Source of the DNA: Lama glama
Taxonomy: Eukaryota
Assembly (NCBI GenBank): GCA_028534125.1
Contig: CM052818.1
Coordinates: forward strand, 45,014,001-45,078,000
Reading direction: 5' to 3'
Length of the DNA stretch: 64,000 nucleotides
A program made the position numbers and the translations under genes. The notes beneath the pieces are model-generated. The model did no database searches. It had not been told where the DNA came from and saw only the letters and a program-made list of their open reading frames with translations. This document shows positions 47,621 to 61,127 of this stretch, piece by piece; the first letter of the stretch is position 1, and every line of letters begins with the position of its first letter.

Positions 47621-48664
47621 AGCTTGAGCTTCTGAGCCAAAATATCCATGGATACTTGTAATTCACTTTTTTACAAGAATAAAAGGATAGTTGCAGAATC
47701 CGTTGTTCCTACAAGCCATCTGGTTTTCCCCAATACTCGTAAAAAGTAATGTAAAACAGGCATTTAGATTTCTATTTGATTATTTTAGAAATCACTTCGA
47801 GTATCCAAGTTGATAAGACAGTCGGTAAATCTCTGAAGTGAAGTAGAATTCCAAGTGACTGGTTTATGAGATGCTTTTTCCATGGAGACTTAGTTTCAGG
47901 TCTGGGAAAACAAACCACTTAGGCACATGTCCCCTTGTTTTTCAGTCCTGGCGCTGGCAGGTAGTTTATGCCCACCCCACGTTGTACTGCGCAGAGTTTA
48001 CGGTGGGGCACTGTGTGCTTCTGTTCCTGGCTTGGACGCCTCCTTCCAGATTCATAACTAGTGCCTTACAGTCCCTGCGGAAGTCCAGTGGCCATGACTT
48101 CCCTGGGGTCTGGGTGGGTGTCACAGGCTATCCGCCATCACTGCACAGTCGCAACTTTCACCGATGTCTGGGAGCTGTCTACTGTCTGAGAATTATTCTA
48201 GAGCACATCTATCAAGTTTCAGAAAATTTTTTTAAGCCTCCAATTCTGAAGAGTAAACAGAATTTCAGTATTATATGAGGAGAGCAGGGAGCATTTACTG
48301 AGAGCCTGGTTTATTCCTCAATGCTGAGTTGCTTCACTTGCGCTATTTAATTTGATTCTTAGGACCCATGGAAGAGGCTGGGACAGCCTGTGACCCAGCC
48401 CAGGCTAAGAGCATCCCTGCGAACCAGCCCGGTCAGCACCGTCCGATCCGCGCATAACGAGAGGGGCTCCCGCCTCCCCACCAGCCACGCACACACACTT
48501 TAAACCATCTTGCTCTGTCTGAGTCTCAGTTCCAGGCTCAGATTCTGCTTGGTTCCGGTCCCAAGGGCCCACAATGGACTGATTGCTTTGTAACAGACGA
48601 ACCATGGCCAAGGCCGATGCCCATTATTTCTATTTTCCTAAGTTTGTTTTAAGGTAATGAAATT

Positions 48665-49140
48665 GCCATGTGGTTTTAGGCACAATTCGGTATCTGATGT
48701 CCCAGACTCAATAGGTCCTGTCTGCATTACATCCCCACCTCCCACCCAACCTGGCCTCCAGTAAACCAGGCAAGAACAGAACAGGCCTCTCTGGGAGTCA
48801 TTCCAGTCACAGCAACAGCTGCCAGGGAGGCAGCCTCGCTCGGGGTTGTTGTAAGAACGTGCCCTGAAGGGCGGCAGTTGGGACGGAACCCTCACAGAGC
48901 CGAACCAGCAGGACAGAACCAGAGTGGCATTTAAATGGAGGAAAAGGAGTTGGGGGGCAGGGGCTGGGGAGTCACAGCAGGAGGGGAGGAGGAAGGAGAG
49001 AGGCAGAATCAGAAACCAGGGTTCCTGCACCAGGCAGCAGGGACATCCATCATCTAAGCCAGTGTTGGTGACATTGAATAAACTCCACGGGCGCCACCTG
49101 GATGTCTAATATCTGTCAAGAGACAGTTGGAGAACAGTTA
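48665..49140 (+). mobile_element. Possible ancient LTR (unclassified)
   Basis: Starts tgtgg, has a TATA-like catttaaat, then AATAAA near 49077; family not recognised. Confidence 0.25.
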
Positions 49141-50219
49141 GACCTGCTCACCTGTTGACTGGTTATTCAAGTACACATCACACCTGAAGAGAGATTTACA
49201 AAGGTAGTCTCCTGACAGTTATTTAATTAGGGCTCAGCTATAAATATGCACTCAAATGGTGGCTGAAATTGCATCTCCCGTCAGAGCTTAATGGCACTAT
49301 TTCACTACAAACAAGGGTAGAAACTCTGACGGCCGCCATCACCAGCAAGAAATCAGAGATGATGATTAGAAACTACCAGTTTGACAGAGAGTCCAGCAGA
49401 CAGGTGGCTGCCCTGGGGACAGGGATGAGGAGGGGAGGGGTGACAAAGGGGCCTGGAAACTACTGATGGGTGATGGTCTCAGAAGCACACACACGTCTAA
49501 CACATCCAGGTGTGCGCTTTGAACTTCGTGACCTTTCCATCAAGTTGAAGACGGCCGGCCAGCTGTCATGGGGGCTGAGTCCACTTCACTCCTGCTCCAC
49601 AGTAAGTTGTCTTCAAACATTTTGTGACCCCAAATAGACCCGAGCATTCAAGTGTCTTAAAAAAACCCCGTTATATTGTTTAAAACTTGTATTAATGCAA
49701 AAGTCAGGGAGAGGAAGGGGAGCCACAGCTTTGCAGATATCCTCCGATGTGACTGTCAGAGCAGCCTGGGAGCCCAGGGGTGTTTACTTCCATTTTACAG
49801 GAGACGCGTGGCAGCGCTGAGATGGGACAGAGCGTAAGTGGTGTCTGGTGGAGCCAGTCTGACAAATAAACTCCCCCTGTTTATTCCGCATCCCATGCTG
49901 GGAACCCCTTAAGGAGCTACAAAAGGCCACATTGGCCCCTTATTGCTACCAGCCTATTAAGTTCTGTAATTCGTGTCTGTCTTGCTAAGGCTTTGGCACA
50001 GTGTGGTCGTGGGGTCAGCATAATCCTGCATTCTACCATTTTCATATCACACTGTTTGTAAACATCTCCCCATGTTGCTCTGACATACCACTTTGAAAAC
50101 CTCCATAAACCCTATGGGGTTGTGCGTCGTACTTCACTTAATCCTCTTGTCAGACAACAAGATGGTTTCCAGTATTTTGCTACCATAAGTTACGTTGCAA
50201 CCAGCTCATCCTGCCCGAG

Positions 50220-50400
50220 ACAGTATTAGGTCGTGGATGAGAATACAGCCCTGCAGTCATACTGCCTGGGCTCAAATCCCGGAACTGCCACAAAATAGCT
50301 GTGTGGCTTTAGGTGGGTAGCTTAACTTCTCTGTGCCTCTGTTTCTTAATTTATAAAGTAGGGACAACAATAGCACCTTTCTTGGAGGCTCTGGGTGCCT
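50220..50400 (+). mobile_element. MIR
   Basis: ctgcctgggctcaaatccc...tagctgtgtggctttagg...cttaacttctctgtgcctctgtttct. Confidence 0.8.
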
Positions 50401-50508
50401 AGAACAGGGAGGCCCAGCTCTGTTCACCCAGAGTCCTCGGTGTACTGCTTTCTCTTTTCAAGCAGAAACAGATTAGGTCCTTTAGAATGCTCCTCTGAGA
50501 TGGCAACA

Positions 50509-50966
50509 TGCATTTGTTTTCCCATGGCCGCTGTGACAAATTAGCACAGACTCAGTGGCTTAGAGCAACACAAACTTACTATTTACTGTTCTGTAGATTA
50601 GGGGTCCAACACAGGTCTCAGTGGGCTCAGGGGAAGGCACGTTCCCTTCCTGGAGGCCGAGGGGAGAAGCTGGTTCCCTGCCACTTGCAGCTTTTAGAGG
50701 CCGCCTGCTTGGCTCACGGCCCTTCCTCCGTCTTCAGAGCTGATGATGTCGCCCTCTCTCCGCTTCTGTCTTCGATTCTCTCTTCTGTTTGTAAGAGCAC
50801 GAGCTCACCTGGATAAGCCAGGGTCATCTCCCTGTTTTAAAGTCAGCTGAGTAGAAATCTTCATTTCATCTACAACCTGCATTCCCCTTGGCCACGTGGC
50901 CTAGCGTATTCACAGGTCCTGGGGTGAGGACGTAGCTCCCTTTGGGGACATCATTCTGTCTACACA
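50509..50966 (-). mobile_element. MLT1D-type solo LTR
   Basis: gctgtgacaaattagcacagactcagtggcttagagcaacacaaactta...tattcacaggtcctgggg...cattctgtctacaca. Confidence 0.88.
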
Positions 50967-51429
50967 CTGATGAGGCTGGAAGCCTATCAATCACGTGTCC
51001 CAGGCTCCCTCGCCTGGGTTCCAACTCCAGCCTGCCAGCAGGAGGCCCTGAAGCCAGATCAGAAAGTGGGCAAAGGTGTAAACTCTCATGCTCCTGGTGG
51101 TGGTGCTGGGTCAGCAGCAGCCCGGGTCCAGAAGCACTGGGCTAGCTCGGACCGTGGCCCCAGCCCAGGGTGCTGATGCTTCCTTAACTCCGAGCAGCAC
51201 CTCCTCTGCACTCTGCATCTCCACCTGGAAGTGGTAGCAGCAGCCTGGTCTCTAGGGCTCACCCCCTCCAACACCGTTGTTACCAGCTCCTGCCCACAAG
51301 GCTGGGAGTCATACAGCCTCCCGGTCACCTGCTAAGCAGAGGTAACCACACCTCATCATGGGACTGCCGCAAAGATGAGATGGGGTGGCATGTAAGTGCC
51401 TAGTGTACTTAACACGTTATCGCCATATA

Positions 51430-52420
51430 TGGTTTTAAGTTTTAGATTTTTGTTGGCTTTTGCTATACTAAGGATTCAATTTTCAATGATAGTCAAATAC
51501 TCTTTTCCATTGAAATTTCTTCAATTGATTCCATTTTGAAGAAGCTAGCCTCTCTCTGAAGTTGAGAGAAATATTCAAATCTATTTTTAGCACATTTCCC
51601 TCGAATTTTACGTCTTTAAAGTTATTTAACTCCTTGAAGCATCTGGAGCCTATTTTGAGAGCACAAAGTTAGATGTAGATCTAAATTAAATTCCACATCT
51701 CTATGCAATTAACCTAACTTCATTTAATAAATAGCCTTTTATTTCCCCCGTGTCTGGTGGTGCTTATTTTAGTGCATATTAGGTAACGGTGTCCATGGGG
51801 GCTCTGATCTGCGGATCCACACAGCCATATAAGGACATTCTGCAGGTCTGAGAGCATCGTCCTGCAGCCTTGGATGTGAATGGCAACTTGTTTGGGAGAC
51901 TAATTCTCAGAGCACATGTCTTTCTGCTGAGCTAGGGCTTGCAGATCGATTTCTTTTGTCTTTGGGAAGTTAAATTATTGAAGAAATCAAATGCAGGTAT
52001 GATTCACATCCTTTCATTGTAACCTGCCTTTTCTGCCTGGGTGGTTGCCGAATTCTATCTTTCCTCTTGTCACTTAAAATTTTTATGAGACGCACTGTCT
52101 TGGTAACTGTCTCTGATTGTAAATTTCCTCTCAGACTCTATGCACCTGCTCTGTGTGCAGCCTTGGTTCTTGTTTTTTCCAATATCCCCCCTCCCTCACT
52201 ACTGTCCTGATTTTATTTTCCAGTTGGATTATTCTCCTGTTTCCTAAAGCGACTTTAATTGTTCAATCGTGATTTTTATTGCATGATTTTCTTTTAAATA
52301 ATAACCACCGTCCTGCTTCATTCTGATTCACTTGCTGTGATGCCCACTTTTATTTCTTTGAAAAGAGAAGCCAGCAGCTCTCTACACTCTTACCATTCTG
52401 TCTGATGGAAACATCAGGGT
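51430..52420 (-). mobile_element. Highly decayed L1M/HAL1 fragments
   Basis: T-rich antisense L1-like text, e.g. tttaactccttgaagcatctggagcctattttg and ttgtcacttaaaatttttatgag. Confidence 0.45.
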
Positions 52421-52499
52421 GTGTAACTTTGGAGAGGGCTTACTGTTGTGCACCTCTGCGGGGTCCACACTTTGCTGGCAGACATCACGTCTTTCTGCC

Positions 52500-52805
52500 C
52501 TGGTGGCTTAAAACAACAGAAATCTGTTCTCTCACAGTTCTGGAGGCTAGAAGTCTGAAATCAAGGTGCCAGCAGGGCCGTGCGCCCTCTGAAGGCTCTG
52601 GGAGAGGATGCTTCCTTGTCTCCTTTAGCTTCTGGTGCGGCTAGAAATCCTTGGCGTTCCTTGCCTTGCTACCCTTCTCCCCAAAGAACTCATCCTGACT
52701 AAATCCATCTGCAAAGACCCTGTTTCCAAATAAGGTCATATTCACAGGTACCTGGGGTTAAGACTTCAGCATATATTTTGGGGGGACATGATTCAACCCG
52801 CAGCA
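52500..52805 (-). mobile_element. MLT1B/C LTR, partial
   Basis: ggtggcttaaaacaacagaaat...cacagttctggaggctagaagtctgaaatcaagg...catctgcaaagaccctgtttccaaataaggtca. Confidence 0.9.
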
Positions 52806-53589
52806 AGCACCATGTCACACGGCCACCCATAGCACCAAGGACGCCCAGAAGACTGAAAAGCGAGTCTACTTACCTTGACACCCTGACATGTTCCCCTAAT
52901 TAGGGTTCCTCTAGTGAGTAAAATTGAGGATCATGCATCTAGCGGGTCATGCAGGGAAGCTGGGAGCTCAGTTCTGCAACCTCCTGTTTACCCAGAAATC
53001 AGACTTGTCTGACCCTCTGCAGCTTCCTGATTATGGACGTGAACCAGGAAGATCTCCGTGCAGCCAAGACCTCAGTGCCAAGGTACACAGGAGACCTCTC
53101 TGGCCCTCACTCCTAGACCACTTTATGTTTCATATTTTTAACAGGTTTGATTTCTGATGTTGCAGCTTACACTGGCAGCTGAAAAATCCCAGAAATTAGT
53201 ATCCGCAAGAAAAGCCTATTGTTTCTTATTGACAGAAAGGAGGAATAAAATGAAAAACCTGATGGGAGGCAGGGGTGTGTGTTCGAGGTCCTTTTTCTAA
53301 GTGATCCAGGGAAAGCAAGGCAGTTGGGGCCACTGAGCACAAGGTGCAGCCCACCCACCCAGGAGCCCCAGGGAAGGTGCCCTTGCCCTCGGACTGTACT
53401 GCGTTCATTACCACTGACAGCGCAGGGTGCAGAGCACCAGCGAGGCAACAGGAAAAGGTAAGTTCCTCCGTGATTTGTTCTGTGCAAACTCCCACCAAAA
53501 TTTTTAAATCAAGGGTTCCACTTCTTAAAAGGGTAAACCAGTCATTTGAAAATCTTAATTATGCAAAATAGCTCATTTTCTAAGTTGAT

Positions 53590-54300
53590 TAGAGACAGGA
53601 CTGGGTTTAAACACAAGCCCTACCATACGCTGGGGTGTATGGCAACTTTCTCGAACTTAAACCTCTCTGAGCCTCCTTCCCGCCTTAATGGAACTGAGGT
53701 ATAACTGCTCCTCTCTTGTAAGATTCAGGCATCATGTTCCCAACCGCCTGCCTGACGTCTCTGCTCAGATTCTCAGCAGCTTCTGTGTGTGTTTCTCTCC
53801 CAGCTGCCCCCTCCTTTGGGATATCAATGTCCGCCCCGAGGTCCGGGCAGAAGTCTACACGTGATTCTTCATCTCTTTCCCTCTCCTCGTCCACCCAGCC
53901 CATCAGCAAGTTCTGTTAAGAGGAAGTTCAGCTTCTAATAGATGACTTTTCTCCACATCCACTACCATAAGCCTACCCTTAATTATTAAAAGTCACCTTA
54001 AAGAAGGTAATCAATTAATTAAGGAGCATCTCATTGGCTCCCCTGGTCACTGCAAGAGCATCTCCGCTGGTCTCCCAGATTCCTTCTCCACACAGCTGCA
54101 AAAGTGATTTTTCACATGTTTATCAGACCACGTCTAACACTGACATAATCAGCTGAGATCTGGCCCCTTCCTTCCTCTCAGTCTTTCCTCTCCCCGCTCC
54201 CCTCCCTGACCGCACACTCATCACAGCCGTCTTCCCTCGGTTCTGTTCCAGCTTCGGACCTGTGCCTTTGTCTTCCTGTTGCTCTGATCTCCTGCCCCGA
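53590..54300 (+). mobile_element. MIR (~53590-53720) followed by L2 (~53725-54300)
   Basis: cttaaacctctctgagcctc (MIR); caaccgcctgcctgacgtctctgct, cccagcccatcagcaagttctg and ctccacacagctgcaaaagtgatttt (L2). Confidence 0.65.
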
Positions 54301-54344
54301 TGGTGAGCTCAGGAGGGAAGGGATGGCGCTGAGGACGGTGACGG

Positions 54345-54470
54345 CTCCAATCTGATGAGTCATCAGGCCTGTTCTAGTGCTCCCTGCTCGTGCTGAGTCA
54401 TGAAATTAATGAGCAAATTAACTGGGAACTGATTATGCCACAAATAAATTATAGATTCAGCTTCTTTCTT
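54345..54470. promoter_or_regulatory. AP-1 + MARE/ARE motif pair
   Basis: CTGATGAGTCATCAG at 54352-54366 and TGCTGAGTCAT at 54391-54401. Confidence 0.4.
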
Positions 54471-55430
54471 TTGGCTTAAAGCCTTTGAAGTCCCACAACT
54501 TTTCCTGAGGAGAATGAAATGAAAAGAGACATTTGCAATTTTAATTTTTTATGTCACTTTTATATAAAACTACAAAAGAAAGAATAAGAACTATCAACAT
54601 GATCAAAGGAAATGGGAAAATTACAAAGAGGGGGAACAGTACTATTTTGCCATTTTTTTGCAGCCTATTTGGGAAGACATGGATAATACATAAGAAATCT
54701 TACAGACTAGTTCAGGAAAACAAAGTTTGTACTTAATTATTGTGGATGCAGAATGTAGGTGGGATGGGAGTCCAGAAAAAAAAATAAAGGTGCTTAGAAG
54801 ACAGTTCAGGGGAAGCAGCCAATCTACTCACCTCCTGTGAACTAGGAAACCATGAAACCAAACTGATCAGATGACACAGGAAGTAAGGGTCCATTCTGAG
54901 GGTCTCCTCTCTCGGGTGACATTTATGGGTGTTGTGACACACATTCCAGTTTCCTGGAGTCTCCTTTGCTTACTTCTGACTTTGCGATGGTATTTCAGAG
55001 ACTTGAGGTTGCTGGAATGTCATCTAGAGTCCTGAATCCCAGGATTTGGGCCCAGCTTTCTCTTCCCCCCCTTTCGTGTAGTGAATCTCATTCTCAGACC
55101 TTCCCCTCTTCCTTTCTGCCCAGGGAAAGAAATGACCCCTCTCACTGAAAATGAAATAGAGAAGTCCAAGCTGAACAGAAAGAGAAGTGTATTGCATGTG
55201 CAGAGTCCGCTCGAGAGGAGAGCCTTGTGGACACAGGAGCACCTGGACTTTGAGTCCGGCTTCAGAGAGGGTCTCTCAACCCTGTGTCGTATGCACAGCC
55301 TCATGGCAGTGGCCTCTTTGGAGGATGGTGGGTCATCATCCTTTGGGAGATTCATCAGATCCTCTAGGATGATGCCAGAAATAACAGATCAAGACCCCCA
55401 GCAGAGCAGAGGACTCACCTTTTCCTCTCT

Positions 55431-55476
55431 CTATCCATCCATCCATCCACCTACCCACCCACCCATCCATCCATCC
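55431..55476 (+). repeat. (CCAT/CCAC)n microsatellite
   Basis: Read directly. Confidence 0.9.
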
Positions 55477-56904
55477 TTCTATGATCTACCTTCTTCCAGA
55501 AAAGAGGATAAATCTTGTAAAGATAAAAATAATACTTCAAGATAGATATGTAAAGTTAATAATAAGAAAGACACAGAAAAGGTACTATAAAGTGCAGAAA
55601 AGTAACCTGAAGCCAGGAGTGAGACTGTTGCCCAAAATACATGCGTCTACGTCCTAAACACCTACTAGAGATAAGACATCCTGGCTCTGAGCTTTCTAGC
55701 GGCCAGTGGGAACAGGGAAACAGGATAACATGCTTGTTCCCTTGACTCTCAGTGTCTGTATGGTAAAAATTAACCCATCACCAAGGAAAAGTATGGCCCT
55801 AATTGATTCCAAGACCAGTGAGAATTTTCCTGGCTTTTGTAGAAGCGTAGGGTTGAGGTTGAGCCAGGAACAGGCTCCTGGGCTAGTGAGAGATGCCAAA
55901 CCCCTGTCAAAGGGAGATTGTAGTGTTAAGTTACTTAAACCAAGAGGCCATCAGACTGGGGTCTGTAGGGAAGGGATGGGGTCAGAGGACGGGGACAGCT
56001 CTGACTTGGAGAGTCCCAGGACTGGCTGTGGTGCCCTGGAGGGCCAGGTGGAGGTCTAGGGGTGTGAAGTTGCCCAGCATTCCGAGGTCGTGCTCTCAGC
56101 ATGGTGGCCTTCTTTGGGGTTCACCAGCAGGACCATGGCAAGAGGCTGTATTGCCTTAGTCACCCCATGTAAGAAACCAAAACCTAAACCTGCAAAGCTC
56201 GACTGCTGACTCGGGTGTTATGGGACCTTGCGCACGGATTCATAGCTCAGCGTGTTCCTATTGTTGGTTACCACTTCCCTGCCTCACATGGCTACACAGA
56301 CATCTGTGTGTCCGGCCATCCCCTTCCCGTAGGAAGCTCTTCATCACTTCCTCCCTATGGAGCTCTTATTTCAGTTTCCTGATTAGCTCATCCCACAGTT
56401 CTGCTATAGTGCATCTTATTAAGAGGCTCCAGGGAAGAATGCAGGATGTCCCCTCCTCCCAGGAAACAGACATGGCTGCATCTGCAAAACGCACTGCTCT
56501 TTGGACAGAGGTCATTTGTGTGGGCGAGAGAAGATGGGGGCAGAGACAAACCAGAAGCCACCCAGCAGCCCTGGGCCCAGGTTCCTGCCCGAGGCTCACT
56601 CTCCCTCCTCTATCTCTTCAGAAACACGGAAACTTGCTCATCATTAATTCACATTTGAAGTTTAAAAAGAAATGCTCTACAAATCAAAGTTTATTATTAA
56701 AGTTCAAGCTTTAGTATTGTAATAGAGGGGATTTTAAAAAAAAATTAAATTAAAATATGAAAAAAAGTAGGGCAGCCAGGACCGTCTGACTCAGTGACTA
56801 TTGTTAACTACAGACCTTGGAAGTGAAAAAAATGTCTGGCTGTAGATCAAATTATTGGTAAGAGAGAAACCTTTCTCCAAAAATACAACTATCAAAAATA
56901 ACAG

Positions 56905-57935
56905 GTGAGGTCTTCCACTTCAAGATGGAGCAGACAGTTTACCCTCTTCTTCCCACTAAGTACAGCGAACCTCTGGATGTTAGATATAAAACAAACACAG
57001 AAACGATCTGAAAGGTGAAGAGAAGGAGGCAGACCAGCTAGGGACCTCGGAACTCAAAGGCTGTTGCCCCAGGACCATACCCTTTCCCCTCCCTCAAATG
57101 GAAACCAGTTACTCAAATCTAAGTTTCAGTAGGAAGCTGCAAAGAGAAAAAAAAAAACCAAAAAACAAGAACTGGTTAGAACCAATTCAGCCCAAGATGG
57201 CGGAAGAGCTGACTTCTAGTCGACCTTGAGCCTCATCATATACTCACTGTAATACATTAGCATGCTAAGGGACACACCCACGAGCGCCATGACCCTTGAT
57301 GGTTGCCATGACGACAACTAGACAAGCCCATACAAGGACCAAAAAGGAGCGCTCCGTCAGCTCTGGATCCAAACCACACCCCTGTTCTTGGATGAAAGTC
57401 ATGACTCTTCCTCCCACTCATTCCAATTCCCTCCCTTTTACCTCGAACCTCCCGTATATTTGATGTCTCCTCCTTCCTGAATTGGGTTGAGAAATTGACT
57501 TGTGAACGAAGTTCCCACTTCTCCATTCTTTGGCCGTTGGATAAAGCCTGTGCTTTTCCACTCTCTGCTTCGATTTTGTTATCGGCTGTGTGAATCCGAC
57601 CAGAGAAAGAGCCTCCCTGGCCGAGGCAAGGGGTCTCAGCTCGGGTACAGTCAACCAGTTCAGTAACAGGGACACAGCAGTGAGTTCCCCGGGCTCACTT
57701 GTTGCCTCACGTGTCCCAGACTCGGAGCAGAAGAGGCCAGAAACACCAGAGAGCACAGACAATGAAAGACCCAACAAAAGCCTGGCCTTTAGAGCCAATG
57801 ACAAGGAAAGGGGCAGCCTGGAGGATGGAGAATGTCAGACGGTTATCCTCCAACTCCAGCAGACACCACAAAAGACACGGTGCCCTAAACCTACCCGTCA
57901 GCAAAGGCCAGCTGAAGCGCCAGACTCCCCCTGTG
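56905..57935 (+). mobile_element. Old L1M 5' UTR split by an LTR
   Basis: cttccacttcaagatggag...gcagaccagctagggacctcggaactcaaag, then after the LTR gacacagcagtgagttccccggg continues L1 5' UTR-type sequence. Confidence 0.65.
57062..57668 (+). mobile_element. MER41-like ERV1 solo LTR
   Basis: tgtt...taaca termini; cattagcatgctaagggacacacccacgagcgccatgac...gttgccatgacgac matches the MER41 core; YY1 motif CAAGATGGCGG at 57193-57203. Confidence 0.8.
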
Positions 57936-58889
57936 TGGCTGTCATGGGCACCTTCCCTTCCTTTGGGGGGAGAAGGACACATTAGTTGTGGGGGTGCAGG
58001 GGTTGTGGGATAGGAAGACCTGAACCAGAAAACTGCACTTTACATCTGAGCAAGATGTTCTGGAAACAGATCTCTTAAGATTGAGCTCTTGGTTTGGGCC
58101 AGGCTTCCCTCAGGTCCAGCTCTGTCCCTCTGATCACAGCCCAGAACATTCTTGTGCATCTGCTCTCCCCAAAGGGGCCAGTTTGAGAGCTCTAAAGTGG
58201 AGAGGGGATTGGGTGAAGGCACGTGTCTCCCAGAGGGAGCCACGCCCACTCGGTTCTGAGTGGATGTTGTGAAAACCCACCCCCAATTCTGTGATATTTA
58301 ACCTTTCTGCAGCACAGCCTCCTTGAATACTGCTGCAAGAAGGAACAGGTGTGCATGAACAAAACCTGTGAGCTTGAGACAATTCTGAAGGCTGTCCATC
58401 AACAAGAAGGCTTTCTGGGTTTTGTTTTATTTTTCTTGTTTGCTTTCAAATAACAGAACAAATCAACAGATGCGTCCAGCAGATGATGCCTTCCCAGCAT
58501 TTAGCAAAATATCAAGCAGCACTTGGGTGCCCAGCAGATTCCCTGGTTCTGCAGGCGGTCTTCAGGGATGTGGCTCCTGGAACCACAGGAAGAGTGGGAG
58601 CTTTGTCTCTCCACCGAGGGCCCCCCAGGAATGTCTGGTTCACCCCCTGCTCCAGACCGCCTGCCACTGAAACTTCTTGGTCTCATCTTAAAGACACTCT
58701 AGTGTCTTCATGTGGACGACTGGGATAGGGACCGACGGTCTCCAAATGTCAGTGAAAATCTTTTGATTATGCACTTCCAATATACGTCTAGTTCTCATTG
58801 AAATATTTATCTATTCCAGTCCTCCTTTAGTAATACATTATGTACAAAAATGTAAATTAAAATTGAATCAGATAAAAATGAAGTACAAA

Positions 58890-59310
58890 TGTACTGAGTT
58901 GGATAACATTCCCTCAAAATTCATGTCTGTCCTGGAACGGCAGTATGTGACCTTATCTGGAAATAGGGTCTTTGCGGATGTAATTAGTTAAGAAGAAGTC
59001 ACACTGAAGAAGAGGGGGGCCCTTAATTCAACAGGACTGGGATCCTCAAAAGAAGAGGAGGAAACATACACACACACAGGGCGTGGACCAGGGACACAGA
59101 GACTGGAGGGATGAATTTACAGACCAAGGAACACCAAGGATTGCCGGCAACCCCAGATGCTGGGAGAGGTAAGGCCGCGTCCTCTCTTAGCGCTGTCAGG
59201 GAGACAGCAGGGCCCCGCTGACACCTTGGTTTCAGACTTCCATCCTAGCTGATGGCATTGTGTTCTTTGGTAGCTTGTCTCCCCGGCCCCAGGAGTGGTC
59301 AGAGCTGACA
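58890..59310 (+). mobile_element. MLT1B/C solo LTR
   Basis: atgtgaccttatctggaaatagggtctttgcggatgtaattagttaag...ccaaggaacaccaaggattgccggcaacc...gctgacaccttggtttcagacttc. Confidence 0.9.
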
Positions 59311-59618
59311 CCGTTCACAAAGATTCCCAAGCCAGAAGTCTGAGTATCCTTCTGATGTCCCTGCTCCCCCAGCCTCAGCAAGTCCTGCTGCTGGTGCTTC
59401 TCTAACTGATTCCCCCCAGATCCTGAGTCTCTGTCTGCACTGATGATAATCACCTCCATGGATAACAGGAGTATCCATCTCTCCGGCCTCCAGTCACGTC
59501 CTCCTATGGTCCATTCAACGCAGCTATAGGGACCAGTGACTGTCTGTCACTCACTCTCCAGAATATACAGGATGAAGTTCAACCTCCTAGCTCAGCAAGC
59601 AAGGACTGTGACAAATAC

Positions 59619-60098
59619 TGTGGTTTGGCCACACAAAAGCTCTTTCCAACTCCCTGTTGTGTTTTCATTTGTTGCATTCTTCTTCTCTAGAGTCTGGAAA
59701 GCTAGACACCTTCCTGTCAGAGGTGACCATACAACCTTGTTGTGGCCAATAAGATATAAGTGGAAATCTACTGGGGAGGGCTTTCACTCCAAATAAAAAA
59801 GACAAAGACTTGAAAGAATGAGGGACTTTTGTTTCTTCCTAAGTGGAAAACCCATGTGATGTCCGGAAGTGCAGCAGCTATCTTGTAACCAAGAGGACAA
59901 AGTCCTCTTTGGTATAAAGATATAAGATGGTGGAGGAGAAATGCAGAGAAGAGACTAGATCCCGTGTGGCTCTGTGGAGCAGCCACAATGGCCCTGGTTA
60001 GCTTGCCCTTGAGTTACGTGACAAAGACACACCCTTACTTGTTACACGCTGTCAGTCATGCTATCTCTTGCTTCTAGAAATAGCTTTCTCAACCAGTG
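59619..60098 (+). mobile_element. Old MLT1 (J-like) LTR
   Basis: tggccaataagatataagtggaa...gtgatgtccggaagtgcagcagctatcttgtaacca. Confidence 0.7.
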
Positions 60099-60774
60099 CT
60101 GGGACACTAGTTACTCAGTAAATGTAAGTTCCTTTCCCCTTCTCCATCTTGCTTGCTGCCTGACTTATTCATCCTTTCTGCTTTCTTAGGCTTTTTCTAT
60201 AATTCTGGGGTAAAGTTTATTCTGCTGGCAGACAACTGCATGGTAAACAGTAAGATCTTTGTAGGTGAGAAAATCCCTCTTTGAAGTGCCCTGTGTCTAA
60301 CTCTTGACAAAGGCTCAGGAATGTTTGTGGATGCAAAATCCCAAACTGTTTACTCCCTTCCTTGGCAGAAGTCATCAACAGCACAGCCTTGGGCAGACAT
60401 CTGTGTTTCACCAGTCCCCGACCCCCACTCCAGGAGTAACCTGAGCCATCTTTCCAGCTTAGGGAGAGGGCCCTGGTCCTCCAGCTGTGTGCCTTCCAGC
60501 TCCCCCTGCAGGGCTGCAAACCAGCACTTCAGCTCCTACATCCCCCGTTTCCTGGCCCCAGCCCTCTGCTGACTCTTACCTTCCTTCCTGGATGGCCACA
60601 CCTAATCAGCGCTTAAGACCTGCTGATTTTACCTCCCGTGGCTCTGGGGTCTGTAGTCCCCGCTGCCGCTACCTTAGCTCCTCTGGCCCCTGCCCTACCC
60701 CACCTGCCGCGCTACCTCCTCTCCCTTCCCTTGGAGTCTGTTTCCTGTCACCCATCGTCAGCTCTGCAGCCTTT

Positions 60775-61127
60775 AAACAGGCAGCCTGCAAGTCAGTCAT
60801 GCTCTGGAAACAGATTTTGATCTATGAAACTGCCCTCGCTGTATTTTACATATTTTAGAATATTATTTGCTAACATTAACAAACCAGATCTTTCACATAA
60901 ATATTCCAATTGCTAGGTTCTTTCAAAAATTCAGAGGCTCTGCCAATGATGGGCTGAGATTTCTTACAGGAGAGTGGTTGATGCTGAGAAGGAGTTGTCC
61001 CCTTGGGAGGAGCACGCGTCCTCCAGTTCCCATGACCCACCACTCCCGGGCTCGCAGACACGGACCTGTTCTGATACAAAGATCAACCCTACAGGCTCCG
61101 CTAGCCATTGGAGTTTGCAAATCCTGC
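60775..61127. mobile_element. MER102-like hAT-Charlie element
   Basis: tttcacataaatattccaattgctaggttctttcaaaaattcagaggctctgcca...cccaccactccc...ttggagtttgcaaatcctg. Confidence 0.7.
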
